The notes under the pieces are model-generated. The model saw only the letters and a program-made list of their open reading frames with translations, searched no databases and was not told the DNA's origin. Of a DNA stretch of 64,000 nucleotides, positions 59,144 through 64,000 are shown one piece after another. Positions within the stretch are counted from its first letter, which is position 1, and each line of letters starts with the position of its first letter. The translations under genes and the position numbers were made by a program. This DNA comes from Melioribacteraceae bacterium (lineage in GTDB: Bacteria > Bacteroidota > Ignavibacteria > Ignavibacteriales > Melioribacteraceae), in NCBI GenBank assembly GCA_963678275.1, contig OY782765.1, positions 3,047,700 to 3,111,699 of the forward strand, read 5' to 3'.

Positions 59144-59503
59144 TTATTTTGAGGTTTCTTCGGCTAATTGAAAAGAATAAAACCGTGTAAGAGTTACATC
59201 GCCATTTCCATCCGCTTTTTTCTGCGCGGGATTATTCAGGGTTACGATCAAATTACCTTCACTCTCATAGCGGTGAATGCGCTCATCCCCCTGGCAGCTA
59301 AAAAGTACGCCCCGTGTTTTGGTGCCTGGTCCGCCTATATGCTGCTTACCTATGTCACGCAAATTCAGACTTTCGAGTCCGGGAATAGTAAGAATAATAT
59401 TGCCAGGAGTTTCTGTAACTTTAAATGTCCGGCCTGCTTCCAGTTCTTTTTCCCCAGCGGGAATTGTGTAAACATAGTTATTTATTACTGTCAGAACGTA
59501 CAT
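59144..59503 (-). CDS. Hypothetical 119-aa protein, first gene of the tail-collar operon
   Basis: It lies 36 nt upstream of the first collar gene on the same strand and has a non-repetitive, beta-rich-looking sequence. I see no signal peptide and recognise no family. Confidence 0.5.
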   Translation of the reverse strand: MYVLTVINNYVYTIPAGEKELEAGRTFKVTETPGNIILTIPGLESLNLRDIGKQHIGGPGTKTRGVLFSCQGDERIHRYESEGNLIVTLNNPAQKKADGNGDVTLTRFYSFQLAEETSK

Positions 59504-59740
59504 ATTTTCCCCTGGTTATAGCGCTGGTTTTATATTGACACAAGGCTTCCGGTCTAAATCAATTCCTGTGTTTTCACACAAACATATTCCCCGGATACAT
59601 CAGTCTGCAAAATGCAACGTTTATAATAGTATATTTCTCGTGTTAATTCAATAATTAAATTATAAAACGCGTTGATTATAAGTATCTTTAATATATAAGG
59701 TATTATTTGAATACGATTTTGAATAATCAGGAATATTAAA

Positions 59741-62110
59741 ATAGGAGAGGACACTGAGTACGATTAAATCCATAAATCCTTAAATCATGGTTCAGACATT
59801 TTTCCGTGATTATCAGCGAAATCCGCGGGAAATAATACCCTGGTAAAAAAGGCAATAAGGTCAAAAAGTTGTAGGGGAATTCCCTGGCTACTAAAGACTC
59901 CCGATTTGGTAAAATCCCAAATTTCAAATTTGACAGTAACAATATAGCAGGGGTGATAACTTCACGAAAAAATTCAATGTTTCGAGAGCGGGATCCCCTC
60001 CCCTTAAGATTTTAAGGGGAGGACGGGAGGGGTTTGATCTACCTTATGACGTCCATAATCCGATAAGAAGTCAAAATATTCTTTAAAAAAAACATCTGGC
60101 TTTTTCTCTCAAATTTATTCTTGTTGCCTGGAAGGTTAAAAAAAAATCAAAAATAAGGTTTTTCTCTGCGTGAAAAGAATCGATTTCGATTTGCATTTCA
60201 AGGGCAGTTGCTCCTCCTCTAAATCCTCCAAATCTTCGCATTCCTGTTCAGATATTTTCCGCGGCAATCAGCGAAATCCGCGGGAAATATAAAGGCAAAA
60301 GGTCTAAAAGTTGTGGAGGAATTCCCTGGCTACTAAGGACCCCCGATTTGGGAAAACCCCAAATTTCAAATTTGACAGCAACAATATAGCAGGGGTGATA
60401 ACTTCACGAAAAAATTCAATGTTTCGAGAGCGGGATCCCCTCCCCTTAAGATTTTAAGGGGAGGACGGGTGGGGTTTGATCTACCTTGAGATGTTTATAA
60501 TCCGATGAGAAGTCAAAATATTCGTAAAAAAAAGACTGGCTTTTTCTCTCAAATATATTCTTGTTGCCTGGAAAGTTAAAAATCAAAAATATGGTTTTTC
60601 TCTGCGTGAAAAGAATCGATTTCGATTTGCATTTCGCGGCAACTTTAGTTCCTGTTAATCTTTGTAATCTTGTACAGATATCTTTTCCGCGACAATCCGC
60701 TAAATATGCGGGAATTAATCCCCGCATGAATGAGGTTATAAAGTTTATTTTTTAGGTGATTATACCCGGCTACTAAGGAACCCCAATTTGGAATAACACA
60801 CAATTTCAAAATTAACAGCAACAATTTAAGTAATTACAATCTATCTAAAACTCTTCAAAGATGAGAGAGCGGAATCCCCTCCCCTTAAGATTTTAAGGGG
60901 AGGACGGGAGGGGTTTGATCTACCTTGAGATGTCTGTAATCCTATGAGAAGTCAAAATATTTGCAAAAAAATAACTGGCTTTTTCTCTCAAATATATTCT
61001 TGTTGCCTGGAAGGTTAAAAAATCAAAAATAAGGTTTTTCTCTGCGTGAAAAGAATCGATTTCGATTTGCATTTCAAGGGCAGTTGCTCCTCCTCTAAAT
61101 CCTCCAAATCTTCGCATTCCTGTTCAGATATTTTCCGTGATTATCAGCGAAGTCCGCGGGAATTAATCCCCGGATGAATGAGGTTATAAGGTTTGTTTTT
61201 TAGATGATTATCCCCGGCTACTAAGGAACCTCAATTTGGAAAAACACGCAATTTCAAAATTAACAGCAACAATTTAAGTAATTACAATCTATCTAAAACT
61301 CTTCAAAGATGAGAGATCGGAATCCCCTCCCCTTAAGATTTTAAGGGGAGGACGGGAGGGGTTTGATCTACCTTGAGATGTTTATAACCCGATAAGAAGT
61401 CAAAATATTCTTTAAAAAAAAACATCTGGCTTTTTCTCTCAAATTTATTCTTGTTGCCTGGAAGGTTAAAAAAAAATCAAAAATAAGGTTTTTCTCTGCG
61501 TGAAAAGAATCGATTTCGATTTGCATTTCAAGGGCAGTTGCTCCTCCTCTAAATCCTCCAAATCTTCGCATTCCTGTTCAGATATTTTCCGCGGCAATCA
61601 GCGAAATCCGCGGGAAATATAAAGGCAAAAGGTCTAAAAGTTGTGGAGGAATTCCCTGTCTACTAAGGACCCCCGATTTGGGAAAACCCCAAATTTCAAA
61701 TTTGACAGCAACAATATTGCAGGAGTGATAACTTCACGAAAAAATTCAATGTTTCGAGAGCGGAATCCCCTCCCCTTAAGATTTTAAGGGGAGGACGGGA
61801 GGGGTTTGATCTACCTTGAGATGTCTGTAATCCGATAAGAAGTCAAAATATTCTAAAAAAAAAAAAATATCTGGCTTTTTCTCTCAGATATATTCTTGTT
61901 GCCTGGAACGTCAAAAAATATCAAAAATATGGTTTTTCTCTGCGTGAGAAGAATCGATTTCGATTTGCATTTCGAGGGCAGTTGCTCCTCCTCTAAATCC
62001 TCCAAATCTTTGCATTCCTGTTCAGATATTTTCCGCGGCAATCAGCGAAATCCGCGTAATCAGAAAAATCCGCGGTCCTCTTTCAATTGTTAATTGTTAA
62101 TTGAAATTTT
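59741..62110. repeat. Non-coding array of ~5.4 tandem ~440-bp units, each starting with the hairpin CCCCTCCCCTTAAGATTTTAAGGGGAGG
   Basis: The hairpin recurs at 59995, 60437, 60876, 61324 and 61767, a spacing of 442/439/448/443 nt. Units are mosaics of two alternative middle modules and two alternative right-hand modules. Segments 60061-60436 and 61390-61766 differ by 4 substitutions and one A-run length by manual alignment. Confidence 0.9.
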
Positions 62111-62270
62111 GCCATTATGCGCAGGATTTGACTGTAAACGAGATACTCTTACTCTTGCTCAGATTTTTTAAAGACGATTCCTGATTTCTTGACATATATC
62201 AATTGAAAACGGAGATTCAAACTATATCTTTTGCCCCTGAATTTAAACAAACAAGGAATAAGGTAATCAG

Positions 62271-62588
62271 ATGCGTTATCAGAATGAAAAAGGAATAATC
62301 TTCCGTTTAACCGGTTATGCTAAAAACGGACACCCTGAAGATATTGATTATCTGATGTCGCTGCTTAATTCCGAAACAACATTTGCGATGACCCGTTTTG
62401 TCGACTACGCCCTGAGTCTTGTGGAAAATATAGAGGGCCTTAAAAGACTTGAATTTTATCTCTTTAACGGCACACAAATCCAGCGGAACTACTCCGGTAT
62501 GTGTCTTAACCGAAGGGGTGAATGGAAGATAGTGAAAAAAGCATGGAAGATGGGACTGATAGATGAACGCCAGTTTTACGCGAGATAA
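62271..62588 (+). CDS. Hypothetical protein (105 aa)
   Basis: This is a clean ORF with non-repetitive sequence. I recognise no family. Confidence 0.45.
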   Translation: MRYQNEKGIIFRLTGYAKNGHPEDIDYLMSLLNSETTFAMTRFVDYALSLVENIEGLKRLEFYLFNGTQIQRNYSGMCLNRRGEWKIVKKAWKMGLIDERQFYAR

Positions 62589-62628
62589 TAGAAGGGGAGC
62601 GGTCGGAACGCTCCCCAAAAATTCAGAA

Positions 62629-64000
62629 TCATTTAGGTTCCCAGATAATCTCTCCTCTCTTTGTAAAATAAAAATATATTTTATCCGGGAGAAATCCGCT
62701 TCCCTGAACTTCATAATATCCCTGGGAAATACCATCAGTAAACATAGATGGCCTGTTATCAAGCATCGGCTCAATCAGCCAATTGCCTGACTTATCAATC
62801 AATCCCCATACTCCGCCTTTTTTTACCCAGCAAACACCTTCACTGAATGTGGAAACATCTTCAAAAGGTCCATTAATAACCTTTTCACCATTTACATCAA
62901 TAAAGTAATATCCTCCCTCACAGGAAAGAGCCGATCCCTCACAAGTTTCCGAAACTCCAATCAATCCCTCGGAATAAAGAAATCCACAGCCTTTAAATTT
63001 CGGGGGAGTTACTCTCTTCCCTTTTTCATTCAGTATTCCAAACATTTCATTTTTTGAATAAATGATTCTGTTATCATAAAATTTTGCCCTTGTGAATCCC
63101 ACCTGAAGTTTCTCTTCAAATCGAATTTTGACATTTCCACTTTTATCAATCATATGATGTTTCCCATCTTTTTCTACTATAGCCCTTCCCTCTATAAAGT
63201 CATATGCCTGATCAAATTGTGGAGTGACAGCCCAGTTACCCTTTTTATCAAGATATCCATATTTTCCATCTTCTACTTTAACAGCCGCGGCAAGTCCCTC
63301 ACTAAATCTTTTTACAAGATAATAATCGGGAGGAATTATTATTTTCCCCTCTCTGTTTATAAAGCCCGTTTTTTCATTCACCCTTATTCCTGTAAGCCCG
63401 TCGTGAAAATCAGAGCCAAATAAAGGAGAATAATATTTAGCGGGAATAACTTCAATTCCCTTTTTGTTTATATATCCTTTTTTCGCGTCAAAAATATCCG
63501 AACCTGGTGGTGAAAATCCGCATAATCCTTCCGAAAAATAATAAATTGTTTCCCATTTGGGCTGAATAACCATATCACCAAGAAGATTAATAAATCCCCA
63601 TTTTTCACCAACCTTAACCCCCATCAATCCTTCCTTAAAAATACCTTCGCTTTCATCTTTTACTTCATCATATTTAATAGGAATAACGAGATTTCCAGCC
63701 GCGTCGACAAACCCGGTTTTACCATTCTTTTTCGCGGTCAGCAGCCTGGGGAATTTGTCTCCACTTTTTTCTTCAAAAATCTTTTTTCCTGAATATACAG
63801 GATTATTGTGAAGTTTGATATAAATAGTTTTTATTACCCCATGATTATAAACTGTTAATTCATTAACAGTCGACGAACTGTTATTAAGTTTATTTTGGAT
63901 TGTTGAAGCATTTTCACCATATAACGATTTATCTGCCAGTTTAAGCGCCAGCGCCCCTGCGTCAAGTTCATACCCCTTATCTCCCCAGATTGAAGTATTT
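62629..64000 (-). CDS. WG-repeat (KWG-like) protein, N-terminus beyond the window edge
   Basis: Motifs recur of the form (K)WG(F/L)I(N/D)..G..VI(Q/P)P..Y: EKWGFINLLGDMVIQPKW, GKYGYLDKKGNWAVTPQF, GVWGLIDKSGNWLIEP. The same frame stays open from 63628 to nt 64000 (..GKTGFVDAAGNLVIPIKYDEV..), so the TTG at 63627 is not the real start. Confidence 0.8.
   Translation of the reverse strand, partial: NTSIWGDKGYELDAGALALKLADKSLYGENASTIQNKLNNSSSTVNELTVYNHGVIKTIYIKLHNNPVYSGKKIFEEKSGDKFPRLLTAKKNGKTGFVDAAGNLVIPIKYDEVKDESEGIFKEGLMGVKVGEKWGFINLLGDMVIQPKWETIYYFSEGLCGFSPPGSDIFDAKKGYINKKGIEVIPAKYYSPLFGSDFHDGLTGIRVNEKTGFINREGKIIIPPDYYLVKRFSEGLAAAVKVEDGKYGYLDKKGNWAVTPQFDQAYDFIEGRAIVEKDGKHHMIDKSGNVKIRFEEKLQVGFTRAKFYDNRIIYSKNEMFGILNEKGKRVTPPKFKGCGFLYSEGLIGVSETCEGSALSCEGGYYFIDVNGEKVINGPFEDVSTFSEGVCWVKKGGVWGLIDKSGNWLIEPMLDNRPSMFTDGISQGYYEVQGSGFLPDKIYFYFTKRGEIIWEPK

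Noticed and set aside
59736-62093. Short ORFs inside the tandem array (59736-59942, 60446-60727, 60920-61117, 61368-61571, 61853-62041 minus; 60561-60755, 61896-62093 plus)
   Set aside because: The frames are not preserved between near-identical units. The 67-aa ORF of unit 4 is broken in unit 1 by a single A8 vs A9 difference, and unit 2 replaces the segment altogether. This is the behaviour of non-coding DNA.
59741-62110. CRISPR array or integron cassette array as explanations for the periodic structure
   Set aside because: The period is ~440 bp and the whole unit is repeated, rather than a short constant repeat alternating with unique spacers. The units do not contain distinct promoterless ORFs followed by attC-like sites. 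No cas or intI genes are in the window.
62105-62170. Module (e) TTTTGCCATTATGCGCAGGATTTGAC as a Bacteroidota-type promoter (-33 TTTG / -7 TAnnTTTG)
   Set aside because: The two TTTG elements are only ~15 nt apart, shorter than the ~19-21 nt spacing known for Bacteroides sigma-A promoters. I therefore do not call it a promoter. The orientation bias is reported as a finding instead.
1-64000. Search for tRNA, rRNA, tmRNA or RNase P-like genes in the large intergenic gaps
   Set aside because: I found no cloverleaf-compatible sequence (no GTTCGAATC/T-loop with matching acceptor stems) and no rRNA-like conserved blocks by eye. I cannot exclude small structured RNAs without running covariance models.

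Overview
This 64 kb window is about 40% GC. It probably comes from a Fibrobacteres-Chlorobi-Bacteroidetes (FCB) group bacterium, because two secreted proteins end in the NYPNPFNPST type IX secretion (T9SS) sorting domain. I found no rRNA, tRNA or CRISPR array.

The window has three parts:

1. **1-38.7 kb, accessory-like region.**
   - It opens with a plus-strand cassette at 1-11.1 kb: a double zinc-ribbon protein, a 1474-aa membrane Ser/Thr kinase, a 1392-aa protein with five tandem CbxX/SpoVK-type AAA+ modules, a zinc-ribbon-FHA protein and a PP2C phosphatase.
   - The rest holds pyrF, a DUF2851 protein, a metzincin-LamG protein, two TlpA-like redoxins, a U32 peptidase, T9SS cargo proteins, an AbiEi/AbiEii pair, a B12-radical SAM enzyme, a SemiSWEET transporter and an anSME-like SPASM radical SAM enzyme.
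2. **38.7-56.5 kb, minus-strand housekeeping block.** It carries the bifunctional nuclease (BFN), etfBA, rpsF-ssb-rpsR-rplI, hppA, prs-rplY-pth, an acyl-CoA ligase, pepD, ychF, clpS and a beta-carbonic anhydrase.
3. **57.1-64 kb.** An operon of one small protein plus three paralogous phage-tail-collar-domain proteins, a 2.4 kb non-coding array of ~440-bp tandem repeats, one hypothetical gene and a WG-repeat protein cut by the window edge.

Intergenic space is unusually large, with several 0.6-2.7 kb gaps. It is filled with a mosaic family of modular repeats, G-rich palindromic hairpins and a ~550-bp MITE-like element present in two copies.

The candidates most worth follow-up:
- the zinc-ribbon-linked kinase/penta-AAA+/FHA/PP2C cassette;
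- the tail-collar triplet operon;
- the tandem repeat array and its dispersed, gene-oriented relatives.

All functional calls come from motifs recognised by eye. No database search was run.
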